A DNA stretch of 59,754 nt from Minisyncoccota bacterium (GTDB taxonomy: Bacteria > Patescibacteriota > Minisyncoccia > Phycocordibacterales > XYD1-FULL-46-19). The translations under genes were made by a program, and so were the position numbers. Every line of letters begins with the position of its first letter. Positions within the stretch are counted from its first letter, which is position 1. Where the stretch lies: NCBI GenBank assembly GCA_041665625.1, contig JBAYIK010000001.1:134587-194340 (forward strand), in the 5' to 3' direction. Shown here piece after piece: positions 45,495 through 54,606 of the stretch. A model generated the notes under the pieces. That model had not been told where the DNA came from and searched no databases. It was given only the letters and a program-made list of their open reading frames with translations.

Positions 45495-46880
45495 ATGGAC
45501 AGAATATATATCAACACAATTAAGGAACATGTCGGCAAAGAAATCAGCATCTACGGCTGGGTAGACATTCGTCGTGACCACGGCAAATTAATCTTTATTG
45601 ATTTGCGAGACGTTACCGGCAAAGTTCAGATGGTCATCCTCCCGAACCATGAGGAAGCCTATAAAGTGGCTCAGGATTTGCGACCAGAGTGGGTCGTTAA
45701 GATTACCGGTCTCGTTAATCAACGCCCCGAAAAAATGATTAATAAGGAACAAGAAAATGGCGATTTAGAAATTGAGGTCACGGGGATCGAAGTTATTAAC
45801 AAATCAGAAACCCCACCCTTCCTAATCAACGAGGATACTAGTGGGGTCAACGAAGAACTTCGTCTTAAATATCGCTATCTAGATCTACGTAGCGAACGCA
45901 TGCGCAAGAATATTGTCCTACGTGACAAGGTTATCACTTTCTTCCGCAACCATATGCACGAGAATAATTTTATTGAGATAGAGACGCCAATTATGATGAA
46001 GGGAACACCTGAGGGATCACGTGAATATTTGGTACCTTCACGTCTTGAGCACGGCAAATTCTATGTCCTACCTCAGTCACCTCAGCAATTCAAACAACTC
46101 TCCATGGTCGCCGGCTTCGACCGCTACTTCCAAATTGCACGCTGCTTCCGTGATGAAGACCAAAGAGGTGACCGCCAACCTGAATTTACTCAACTCGACT
46201 TCGAGATGTCCTTCGTTAACCAAGAAGATGTTTTACAATACACTGAGAAAATGTTTATCGAGTTAGTAACAAAAATGTTCCCTGAGAAAAAATTAACTCA
46301 AGTTCCTTTTCCTCGTCTTACTTATAAAGAATCTGTCGAGAGATATGGTAGCGACAAGCCCGACTTAAGAAATAATAAAGAAGACAATAATGAATTGGCC
46401 TTTGCCTGGATTATTGACTTCCCAATGTTTGAAAAAGATAAGGAAGGTAATATTAATGCCGCCCATCACCCCTTCTGCTCAATCCACGAAGAAGACATGC
46501 CTAAATTTATGGCAGGAGAAGACCTCTTCAATATCCGGGCTAATTCTTATGACATGGTTTTAAATGGTTTTGAATTAAGCTCAGGAAGTATTCGTATCCA
46601 TCAAGCCGACGTTCAACAGAAAGTTTTCGATCTTCTTGGAATTAGTAAGGAGGAACAGAAACTTCGTTTCGGACATATGATTGAGGCTTTTCAATTCGGT
46701 GCCCCTCCACACGGCGGTTTTGCTCCTGGTATTGATCGTATTGTGATGCTCTTAGCTGGTGAGCCAAATATTCGCGAAGTCATCGCCTTTCCTAAGAACG
46801 GCGAGGCTAAAGACCTAATGATGGGTGCTCCTTCAGATGTCTCCGACAAACAACTAAAAGAGTTGGGGATCAAAATCTAA
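45495..46880 (+). CDS. aspS: aspartyl-tRNA synthetase, bacterial-type sequence lacking the GAD insertion domain
   Basis: LPQSPQQFKQL, motif 2 FRDEDQRGDRQPEFTQLD, motif 3 GGFAPGIDRIVML; SDKPDLRNNKEDNNELAFAWIIDFPMFE joins the two halves directly. Confidence 0.9.
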   Translation: MDRIYINTIKEHVGKEISIYGWVDIRRDHGKLIFIDLRDVTGKVQMVILPNHEEAYKVAQDLRPEWVVKITGLVNQRPEKMINKEQENGDLEIEVTGIEVINKSETPPFLINEDTSGVNEELRLKYRYLDLRSERMRKNIVLRDKVITFFRNHMHENNFIEIETPIMMKGTPEGSREYLVPSRLEHGKFYVLPQSPQQFKQLSMVAGFDRYFQIARCFRDEDQRGDRQPEFTQLDFEMSFVNQEDVLQYTEKMFIELVTKMFPEKKLTQVPFPRLTYKESVERYGSDKPDLRNNKEDNNELAFAWIIDFPMFEKDKEGNINAAHHPFCSIHEEDMPKFMAGEDLFNIRANSYDMVLNGFELSSGSIRIHQADVQQKVFDLLGISKEEQKLRFGHMIEAFQFGAPPHGGFAPGIDRIVMLLAGEPNIREVIAFPKNGEAKDLMMGAPSDVSDKQLKELGIKI

Positions 46881-46884
46881 AAAA

Positions 46885-46936
46885 CCTTATTTTGCGAAGT
46901 CCAACTTCGTAAACTATGTAAAAATGTGGCTAAAAG
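46885..46936 (+). repeat. REP-like hairpin repeat, copy 4
   Basis: CCTTATTTTGCGAAGTCCAACTTCGTAAACTATGTAAAAATGTGGCTAAAAG directly after the aspS stop. Confidence 0.85.
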
Positions 46937-46941
46937 AAAAA

Positions 46942-46993
46942 CCCGCCGGTGGCGTACGAAAGGTTTTTCTTTTCGTACGACGCACACGGCGGG
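46942..46993. terminator. long bidirectional hairpin between convergent genes
   Basis: CCCGCCG..CGTACGAAA / TTTCGTACG..CGGCGGG. Confidence 0.6.
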
Positions 46994-47012
46994 GAAACAC
47001 ACACGGGGATTC

Positions 47013-47474
47013 CTAGAGGAAATTCTGCCCATCCCGGAATTGGCCACCTTGATGTAACAGGAATTTCAAGGCGGCGTTCAGGCCATCACGTTCTGGCCCA
47101 TTCTCTGGGAGAGGAAAGGACGATAGGCGAGAGAAGAATTCATCGACCAGTCCTTGGGCTGCCCGCATTTTCGCCTCATTGTAACGATGAAGGAATTCAC
47201 CCCCCTTGCTTCTTTCGTCATACTCATCTTCATATTCCTCCAACCAGGGAGCAGTGAGTACGGTGTTGGAAAAAGCCAGGAATCTGTCCTCCCACGACAT
47301 ACGAGGGACAGGCAGGCTCAAGGTAGTCAAAAACAAGCCGGCCTGGTGGGCCCAATTACTGTTGCGATGGCTAGCCTGCCACCGATACATAGAATTGCGG
47401 TCCTTCTCTTTTACCCGGTCAATACCGAGAGCAACAAGAACCAGAAGTGTCGCGACTGAAATAAACAAATCCAT
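47013..47474 (-). CDS. hypothetical protein with N-terminal TM/signal helix (GC-rich cassette)
   Basis: ATG 47474 is 4 nt after AGGAGG (47484-47479); MDLFISVATLLVLVALG hydrophobic N-terminus. Confidence 0.55.
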   Translation of the reverse strand: MDLFISVATLLVLVALGIDRVKEKDRNSMYRWQASHRNSNWAHQAGLFLTTLSLPVPRMSWEDRFLAFSNTVLTAPWLEEYEDEYDERSKGGEFLHRYNEAKMRAAQGLVDEFFSRLSSFPLPENGPERDGLNAALKFLLHQGGQFRDGQNFL

Positions 47475-47633
47475 AAATCCTCCTCTTTCAAAAGCTTGCG
47501 AGCTTAGCTCGTAGCCGTTCATATTTTCTTCTGCGTTAAATTATACACCTCTTAATTCATTTTGTCAATGGAGAGAAGCAAGCCCAAAAACCTGAAAAGT
47601 TGTGGGGATTTGCTATAATAGAAAATAAGTTTT

Positions 47634-48359
47634 ATGGATAACTTCAAAGTAAAAGTAGGGGAATTCGAGGGGCCTTTGGACCTCTTGTTAAACCTAATTG
47701 AGAAAAGGAAATTGCATATCTCGCAGGTGTCTCTGGCGCAGGTGGCCGATGATTATGTCGCTTATCTCAAGAGTGAGGATGAGGGACAATCGATGGAGGC
47801 AATGGCGAATTTTATTATGGTCGCTTCAACTCTAATGTTAATTAAATCGCTCGCGCTCTTGCCGGGCCTCCAGCTTAACGAGGAAGAAAAAAGTGATATC
47901 TCGAACCTTGAAGACCGACTCAAACAATTACAGAGAGTAAGGGAATTAAGTTTGCATGTGAAAGAAAGATTCGGAAAAGACATAATCTTCACCCAGACGG
48001 AGCGAGCAAAGAGAGTCACCGTCTTCGCCCCAACTCACGAATTAATTATCCCAAACCTGTTGACAGCGATTAAAGAGCTGATAAAAAATCTGCCAAAAGT
48101 TGAAGCTATCCCCGAGAAAGTGATTAGGAAAGTGATTAGCCTAGAAGAGGTCATCAGCGACTTGGCTAAGCGCGTCGGGCAGGCGATGAAGATGTCGTTC
48201 AAAGACTTCGTGAAGGATAAGGCCGACAAAGTGAACATAATTGTCAGTTTCTTGGGGATGCTCGAGCTAGTCAAACAAGGGGCTATAAACATTGAACAGA
48301 AGGCTCATTTTGAGGATATTGGGATGGAATCCACAACGGTTGGAATTCCACGTTATTAA
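47634..48359 (+). CDS. scpA: segregation and condensation protein A
   Basis: FEGPLDLLLNLIEKRKL, C-terminal winged helix FLGMLELVK; scpB follows. Confidence 0.9.
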   Translation: MDNFKVKVGEFEGPLDLLLNLIEKRKLHISQVSLAQVADDYVAYLKSEDEGQSMEAMANFIMVASTLMLIKSLALLPGLQLNEEEKSDISNLEDRLKQLQRVRELSLHVKERFGKDIIFTQTERAKRVTVFAPTHELIIPNLLTAIKELIKNLPKVEAIPEKVIRKVISLEEVISDLAKRVGQAMKMSFKDFVKDKADKVNIIVSFLGMLELVKQGAINIEQKAHFEDIGMESTTVGIPRY

Positions 48360-48374
48360 AGTTATAATGTGGAC

Positions 48375-48463
48375 ATGGATCCCGTTAGAAGCCCCATAGG
48401 CCGAGAGCGGGAGGTAATATTATGTATAGATTATTAGATATCTTAAGCTTCTAACGGGATGGA
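48375..48463 (+). repeat. long palindromic element abutting the scpB start codon (family 3, copy 2)
   Basis: ATGGATCCCGTTAGAAG ... CTTCTAACGGGATGGA; same 13-bp arms as 30523-30637; 3' arm ends at -1 of ATG 48459. Confidence 0.8.
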
Positions 48464-49013
48464 TCTAGCTGCGAAAATCGAGGCTGTTTTATTTTATCGT
48501 GCCGAACCGGTTAAAAAGACCGAGCTGGCTAAATTGCTGAATACTGACCAAGAAGCCCTCTTAGAGGCTATAAATGGCCTTAAAACAAGGCTAGAGGGCC
48601 AAGGCTTATGTTTGCTTGAATTAGGGGAAGAGTTAGAACTGGGGACCGCCCCAGAAGCTTCTGGCCTAATCGAACAAATGGCCAAGGAGGAATTATCCCG
48701 AGAGCTTGGCAAAGCTGCCCTCGAGACACTAACCCTTATCATCTACCAAGGACCAATTAGCCGCCCCGAAATTGACCAGGTACGCGGAGTTAACTCTAGC
48801 TTTATCTTGCGCAATTTAATGGTCCGCGGTCTAGCTGAGAGAGTCATAGATGAGAAAGACTCACGACGTTTTCTCTATAAGCCAACACTTGAACTATTAC
48901 GTCATCTTGGTTTAGAAAAAATTGAAGAGCTTCCCGAATACGAAATTGTCCAACAAGAACTAAATAAATTTTTAGAAACTAATAAAGATACAGATGGAGC
49001 CGGAATTGATTAA
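48459..49013 (+). CDS. scpB: segregation and condensation protein B
   Basis: IEAVLFYRAEPV, LETLTLIIYQGPISRPEIDQVRGV. Confidence 0.9.
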   Translation: MDLAAKIEAVLFYRAEPVKKTELAKLLNTDQEALLEAINGLKTRLEGQGLCLLELGEELELGTAPEASGLIEQMAKEELSRELGKAALETLTLIIYQGPISRPEIDQVRGVNSSFILRNLMVRGLAERVIDEKDSRRFLYKPTLELLRHLGLEKIEELPEYEIVQQELNKFLETNKDTDGAGID

Positions 49014-49947
49014 AAAAACGCACGATAAAGAAATTATCGGGGCTCTTGTCCTCTCTCTTTTGTTTATGTGGAGCGGTTTTTTCTTAACTTATAAAACCGA
49101 CCCACTTAATCTCACTGCCCAACGGGAGAAAAAAGAGGAAGCCCTGGCCGCTGAACAAACAAAAATTGCTGAGATTAAAAAAAGTTTTTTTGGTAATCTC
49201 AATTTAGAAGCCGAAGCTTATGTCGTCTACAACACAGAGACGGGCGAGATTATCGCTAGTTCCAATGAGGGAAAAACACTACCGTTAGCTTCACTTACCA
49301 AAGTCATGACCGTTCTCGCGGCAAGCGACGAACTTAGTCCTGGGTCTAAGGTCACGGTCCACCAAACCGGTGGCGAACTATCGGGAGGCTTAAAGTCTGG
49401 GGAGAATTGGCAAATGGCTAATTTGGCCGCCTTAACCCTTGTTGGGTCCTCTAACGAAGGAGCAACCGCCTTAGCCCTTGCCGCAACCAGTAGTGAGGAA
49501 GCCCTAGTCTCCTTAATGAACCAAAAAGCTGAGACCCTCAACTTAAAATCCTTGCGCTTTAGCAATCCGACGGGCTTAGACGACGGACCATTACCGGGCG
49601 GGCAGGGGAGCGCTCTTGATGTGGCAAAGTTATTTACTTATGTTTTCAAAAATAAACCAGAGCTACTTACCGCCACTAAAGAGGGTGTCTTAACAGAAAA
49701 GAGTGCCGATGGTTTAAGCCATAGTGTTGTTAATACTAATACCATCATCAATCAGATTCCCGGATTAATCGCCTCTAAAACTGGTTATACCGAAAGAGCC
49801 GGCGGGAATTTGGCAGTAATTGCCAACATTGGTCTCCATCGCCCTCTAGTTTTTGTTGTCATCGGCTCAAGCAAAGAGGGGCGTTTCTCTGACACGAAGA
49901 AACTGTCTGAGGCCGCTCTAAATTATTATGCCAGTATTAATAAATAA
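48994..49947 (+). CDS. D-alanyl-D-alanine carboxypeptidase (S11, PBP5/6-like)
   Basis: N-terminal TM; SxxK (ASLTKV), SxN (SSNEG), KTG (SKTGYT). Confidence 0.85.
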   Translation: MEPELIKKTHDKEIIGALVLSLLFMWSGFFLTYKTDPLNLTAQREKKEEALAAEQTKIAEIKKSFFGNLNLEAEAYVVYNTETGEIIASSNEGKTLPLASLTKVMTVLAASDELSPGSKVTVHQTGGELSGGLKSGENWQMANLAALTLVGSSNEGATALALAATSSEEALVSLMNQKAETLNLKSLRFSNPTGLDDGPLPGGQGSALDVAKLFTYVFKNKPELLTATKEGVLTEKSADGLSHSVVNTNTIINQIPGLIASKTGYTERAGGNLAVIANIGLHRPLVFVVIGSSKEGRFSDTKKLSEAALNYYASINK

Positions 49948-49956
49948 TTTTTTATC

Positions 49957-51027
49957 ATGCTATACCTAAGTTTAACTAAAGTTTTTCTCGCTTCAGCCAG
50001 CGCCTTCTTTATTGGTATTATTATTACCCCTTTTTTGACAAACTTTTTGTATAAACACAAGTGTTGGAAAAAAACCGCCGACAAAATTGATCCACTAGGA
50101 AATTCAACCCCCATTTTCAATGAACTAGATAAAGAACGAGCAAAAAGAGCCCCCCGAATGGGCGGGATCATCATTTGGTCCAGTGTTTTAATCATTACCA
50201 TAATTTTTGCTGTCATTTCTTATTTTTTCCCAGACAATGCACTCTCCCAAAAGCTGAATTTCTTAAGTCGTAACCAGACATGGCTTCCTTTATTTACTTT
50301 GATTTTTGCTTCGCTGCTCGGATTAGTTGATGACATTCTCCAAGTTACAGGAGAAGCCGGAACAAAAAGTGGTCTATCATTTTATCAACGCTTATCCGTT
50401 GTTGTTATCCTCGGATTGATTGGAGGTTACTGGTTTTATTTTAAATTAGGGATGTTAGCGATCACCCTGCCTTTTATCGGCAGTCTCTACCTAGGTTGGC
50501 TAATCATCCCACTTTTTATTTTAGTCATGATTGCCCTTTTCTCCAGTGGGGTTATTGACGGACTCGATGGTCTCTCCGGGGGAGTAATGGCGATCATCTT
50601 TGCTTCTTATACCGTCATTGCCTTCTTCCAAAGCCAATTTGATCTTGCTGCCTTTTGTGGAGCTATAACCGGTGGACTCTTAGCCTTCCTCTGGTTTAAT
50701 ATTCCGCCGGCTCGTTTCTACATGTCAGAGACAGGGATATTAGGCCTAACAACAGCCCTCACCGTTGTCGCTTTTCTCACTGACTCCGTTGCTACTTTAC
50801 CAATTATCGCTTTGCCACTAGTCGCCACCGTTCTCTCTGTTGTTATCCAACTTGCCTCCAAAAAATTTAGACATGGCAAAAAAGTTTTTCTCGTGGCTCC
50901 ACTTCATCATCACTTCGAAGCTCTTGGTTGGCCAGCTTATAAAGTTGTAATGCGTTATTGGGTTATTGGCATCATCTTTGCCATCATTGGTTTGATCATC
51001 ACTCTAATTGGTGGACCCAAATTATAA
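49957..51027 (+). CDS. mraY: phospho-N-acetylmuramoyl-pentapeptide transferase
   Basis: Polytopic; GLVDDILQV, IDGLDGLSGG, APLHHHFE. Confidence 0.93.
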   Translation: MLYLSLTKVFLASASAFFIGIIITPFLTNFLYKHKCWKKTADKIDPLGNSTPIFNELDKERAKRAPRMGGIIIWSSVLIITIIFAVISYFFPDNALSQKLNFLSRNQTWLPLFTLIFASLLGLVDDILQVTGEAGTKSGLSFYQRLSVVVILGLIGGYWFYFKLGMLAITLPFIGSLYLGWLIIPLFILVMIALFSSGVIDGLDGLSGGVMAIIFASYTVIAFFQSQFDLAAFCGAITGGLLAFLWFNIPPARFYMSETGILGLTTALTVVAFLTDSVATLPIIALPLVATVLSVVIQLASKKFRHGKKVFLVAPLHHHFEALGWPAYKVVMRYWVIGIIFAIIGLIITLIGGPKL

Positions 51028-51030
51028 AGA

Positions 51031-52128
51031 ATGAAAACAAAGAAACCAGATAGAATTTTTTTCTTTCTCACAATTATTTTAGTCATTGTGGGGATAGCCA
51101 TATTCTCTTCGGCCGCTTTGGGTCAAGTAGGTAAAGATAGTGCCAGCTTTGCCACTATTGTTATTAAACAGGTCGCTATCCTGTTGGTGGGGTTGGTTCT
51201 CTTATTGGTTACGGCTAACCTTCCTTATCAGCCACTTAAAAAGTGGTCACCCTTCCTCCTTATTGGAGGTATCGCTCTCTCATCCTTGGTCTTTGTTCCC
51301 GGACTTGGTTTTATGTACAACGGAGCAACCCGTTGGATTGACTTAGGTTTTCTCACTATCCAACCAGCCGAATTTCTTAAACTAGCTTTTATCATCTTTC
51401 TCGCCGCGTGGGCTGGAGCCCGTAAAGAAAAAATAAAAAGTCTCACTGAGGGTCTCTTGCCTTTTATCCTTTTTATCGCCCTCGTTGTTGCCGTCATGTT
51501 CTTCCAAAAAGATACCGGGACATTAATGGTCATGATGGCCGGAGCAATTAGTATTTTTATTGCCGCCGGTGGACGAGCTGTCCATATTCTAGCTTTGGGC
51601 CTTATTGGGGTAATTGCTTTTGGCGCGCTTGTTGTCGTCCGGCCACACGTTAAAGATCGAGTTATCACTTTCCTTAACCCTAGTCATGATGAACGGGGAT
51701 CTTCTTATCAGATAAATCAATCTTTAATTGCCATTGGGGGCGGGGGGATAGTTGGGCGAGGCTTTGGCCAGAGTATCCAAAAATTTAATTTCTTACCTGA
51801 GCCAATTGGTGATTCCATTTTTGCTGTGGCCAGTGAAGAATTCGGTTTAATTGGTTCAAGCCTCCTAGTCCTTCTCTTCCTCGCCTTTGTTCTTTATGGT
51901 TACCGTTTGGCAAACAAAACCAGTGACGGTTTTGGCCGGCTTTTAATTGTCGGTTTAATCAGTTTGATTGGAGCCCAGGCCTTCATTAATATAGGAGCGA
52001 TGCTGGGGCTTCTACCCCTAACCGGTGTGCCCTTACCCTTTGTCAGCCATGGAGGCACGGCCCTTCTCTTTGCTCTAATCGAAGTCGGTATTATACTAAG
52101 CGTAACGCGTCATCATAAAACTATATGA
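51031..52128 (+). CDS. ftsW: SEDS-family peptidoglycan polymerase FtsW/RodA
   Basis: IQPAEFLKL, LPEPIGDSIFAV, LTGVPLPFVSHGGT. Confidence 0.9.
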   Translation: MKTKKPDRIFFFLTIILVIVGIAIFSSAALGQVGKDSASFATIVIKQVAILLVGLVLLLVTANLPYQPLKKWSPFLLIGGIALSSLVFVPGLGFMYNGATRWIDLGFLTIQPAEFLKLAFIIFLAAWAGARKEKIKSLTEGLLPFILFIALVVAVMFFQKDTGTLMVMMAGAISIFIAAGGRAVHILALGLIGVIAFGALVVVRPHVKDRVITFLNPSHDERGSSYQINQSLIAIGGGGIVGRGFGQSIQKFNFLPEPIGDSIFAVASEEFGLIGSSLLVLLFLAFVLYGYRLANKTSDGFGRLLIVGLISLIGAQAFINIGAMLGLLPLTGVPLPFVSHGGTALLFALIEVGIILSVTRHHKTI

Positions 52129-53261
52129 AAATCTTATTTACAGGAGGAGGCTCAGGGGGACATTTTTACCCAATTATTGCGATTGCCCAAGAGGTACGTA
52201 ATTATGCGACCAAGGAGAAACTTGTTCAGCCCGAACTTTATTTTATGTCTGATGCTCCTTATAACGAGCGAGTTCTTTTTGAAAATGACATTAAATTCAT
52301 AAAAGTCAGCGCCGGCAAGTTGCGTCGTGATTTAACACCGCTAAACATCGTTAAAAATTTCTTTGATTTATTCAAAACTTTCTTTGGCACCGTCCAGGCC
52401 TTCTTTAAGGTTTTTGGTCTCTACCCAGACATTGTAGTGGGGAAGGGGGGATATGCGAGTTTCCCCGCATTATTGGCTGCAAGAATCTTCCGCATACCGG
52501 TTCTTATCCATGAATCAGATTCGCACCCTGGAAAAGTAAACCTTTTCGCTGGTAAATTTGCCGTTCGAATTGCTTTGTCTTATCCTGAAGCGGCTAAATT
52601 TTTCCCAGCCGACAAAGTTGCTGTTACTGGTAACCCTTTGCGTCAAGAAATTCTTACTCCAACCAAAAGTGGGGCCTACGAATACTTGCGACTAGATAAG
52701 AGTTTGCCAGTCATCTTTGTTGTTGGAGGATCTCAGGGGGCCAGCAAGATCAATGAAATTATCGTTGATATCTTGCCTAAGATTATTGAGAAATACCAAA
52801 TTATTCACCAAGTCGGCAAAAATAATTTTGCTGATTTATCTAACCGAGCGAACTTTGTCTTAAAAGGGAACCCCTTTGCTGACCACTATAAAATCTTCGA
52901 TTATCTCGATGCAGCGGCCATGAGAATGACAGCCGGCGTCGCCTCTCTCGTCATTACTCGAGCCGGCTCCGCTTTGTTTGAAATTGCCAACTGGGGCCTC
53001 CCCGCCATCATCATTCCTATTCCTGAAGAGATTAGTCACGACCAGAGAACCAACGCTTTTACTTATGCCCGAAGTGGTGGAGCTGCCGTAATTGAAGAAA
53101 GAAATCTCACCGCTTCAGTTTTACTTTTCGAAATAGACAAAATAATGAGCGACGAGAAGATGAGAGAAGATATGATCAAGGGAGCCAAATCATTTGCCCG
53201 GCCAGACGCCGCCGCGGTTATTGCTGGCGAAATCTTAAAAATAGCTTTGAGTCATGACTAA
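52125..53261 (+). CDS. murG: UDP-GlcNAc:lipid I GlcNAc transferase MurG
   Basis: FTGGGSGGHFYP, VVGGSQGA, ITRAGSALFEI. Confidence 0.93.
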   Translation: MKILFTGGGSGGHFYPIIAIAQEVRNYATKEKLVQPELYFMSDAPYNERVLFENDIKFIKVSAGKLRRDLTPLNIVKNFFDLFKTFFGTVQAFFKVFGLYPDIVVGKGGYASFPALLAARIFRIPVLIHESDSHPGKVNLFAGKFAVRIALSYPEAAKFFPADKVAVTGNPLRQEILTPTKSGAYEYLRLDKSLPVIFVVGGSQGASKINEIIVDILPKIIEKYQIIHQVGKNNFADLSNRANFVLKGNPFADHYKIFDYLDAAAMRMTAGVASLVITRAGSALFEIANWGLPAIIIPIPEEISHDQRTNAFTYARSGGAAVIEERNLTASVLLFEIDKIMSDEKMREDMIKGAKSFARPDAAAVIAGEILKIALSHD

Positions 53262-54606
53262 CAAAATAATCACCAGATTTGCTCCTAGCCCCACGGGGCT
53301 CTTACATATCGGCAGTGCCCGGACCGCTCTTTTTGTTTACCTTTTTACTCGGCAAAATAATGGCAAATATATTCTTCGCATGGAGGATACTGACAAAGAA
53401 CGTTCTAAGCCAGAAAATGAAAAAGAAATCCTCGAGAGTCTCAAATGGCTCGGATTAGAACATGATGAATTTATCCGCCAATCTGATAATCTTGATTACC
53501 ACAAAGAATGTCTAAAAAAATTAATCGATAATAATCTCGCTTATTTCTCTAAAGAAGAGATAATTAAAGAAGGGGATAGGGCCGAGGTCATCCGTTTCCG
53601 CAACCCAGGGAAGAAGATTGCATTCAAAGATCTTATCCACGGAGAGATCGTCTTCGACACGACAGAACTAGGAGATTTTGTTATTGCTAAAGATTTAGAC
53701 ACACCAATCTTTCACCTCGCTAATGTCGCCGACGATATCAAGAGTGGCGTTACTCATGTTATCCGGGGCGAAGATCATATCTCTAATACCCCAAGACAAA
53801 TTCTTCTTTTCGAAGCTCTTGGCGCTCTGACTATCCCTATTTATGCCCATATTCCTCTTATCTTAGATAGCGATCGAGCCAAACTCTCCAAACGCAAGCA
53901 TGGCGCCTTCGTCTGGATTAGCGAATACCGTAAGAATGGATACCTACCTGAAGCAATGAATAATTATCTCGCCCTCCTTGGTTGGTCACCTCAAGCGGCT
54001 AACAATAATGAGGCCGGGACAGACGACGAAATTCTTTTTATGGAGGAGTTACTTAAGCGTTTTGATATTAGCAAAGTCCAAAAAAAGAGCGCTATCTTCG
54101 ACCTTGAGAAACTCAATTGGCTAAATCGCGAATACATCAAGCGTCAACCTCAATCAGAAAAAATAAAAGAGCTTATAAACAGATGCCCCGCCCGAGTTAG
54201 AGAACTTCCTCTTTACTCTGATGACAAACTATCTCTTGCCGTCCCCTTATTAGTAGAGAGAATAAATAATTATGGTGAGCTCTCCGACATTCTTGGTCGA
54301 GGCGATTTCGACTTCTTCTTCACGACACCTCACCCTAACAAAGAATTATTAAGAGGCGGGACCTTCTTGCGTCAGACCTTAGACCTCATAAAAGAAACAC
54401 CAAATGAAAATTTTGCTGATCCCGAAGAATTAAAAAAAACTTTGTGGGGTTTTGCCACCGAGAAGGGGAGAGGAGAAGTCCTCTGGCCAATGCGAGTCGC
54501 CTTAACTGGCCAAGCCAAATCGCCTGACCCCTTCACTGTCGCCTCAATTTTAGGTAAAGAAGAAACAATAAAAAGGCTAACTCATGCTGAGCAAATATTA
54601 CTCTAA
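53254..54606 (+). CDS. gltX: glutamyl-tRNA synthetase
   Basis: RFAPSPTGLLHIGSARTALF, HVIRGEDHISNTPRQ, KLSKRK. Confidence 0.95.
   Translation: MTNKIITRFAPSPTGLLHIGSARTALFVYLFTRQNNGKYILRMEDTDKERSKPENEKEILESLKWLGLEHDEFIRQSDNLDYHKECLKKLIDNNLAYFSKEEIIKEGDRAEVIRFRNPGKKIAFKDLIHGEIVFDTTELGDFVIAKDLDTPIFHLANVADDIKSGVTHVIRGEDHISNTPRQILLFEALGALTIPIYAHIPLILDSDRAKLSKRKHGAFVWISEYRKNGYLPEAMNNYLALLGWSPQAANNNEAGTDDEILFMEELLKRFDISKVQKKSAIFDLEKLNWLNREYIKRQPQSEKIKELINRCPARVRELPLYSDDKLSLAVPLLVERINNYGELSDILGRGDFDFFFTTPHPNKELLRGGTFLRQTLDLIKETPNENFADPEELKKTLWGFATEKGRGEVLWPMRVALTGQAKSPDPFTVASILGKEETIKRLTHAEQILL

Noticed and set aside
46949-47514. Three ~100-aa plus-strand ORFs
   Set aside because: All overlap the minus-strand ORF 47013-47474, which has a perfect AGGAGG SD and a hydrophobic N-terminus. 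The + frames have no start context.
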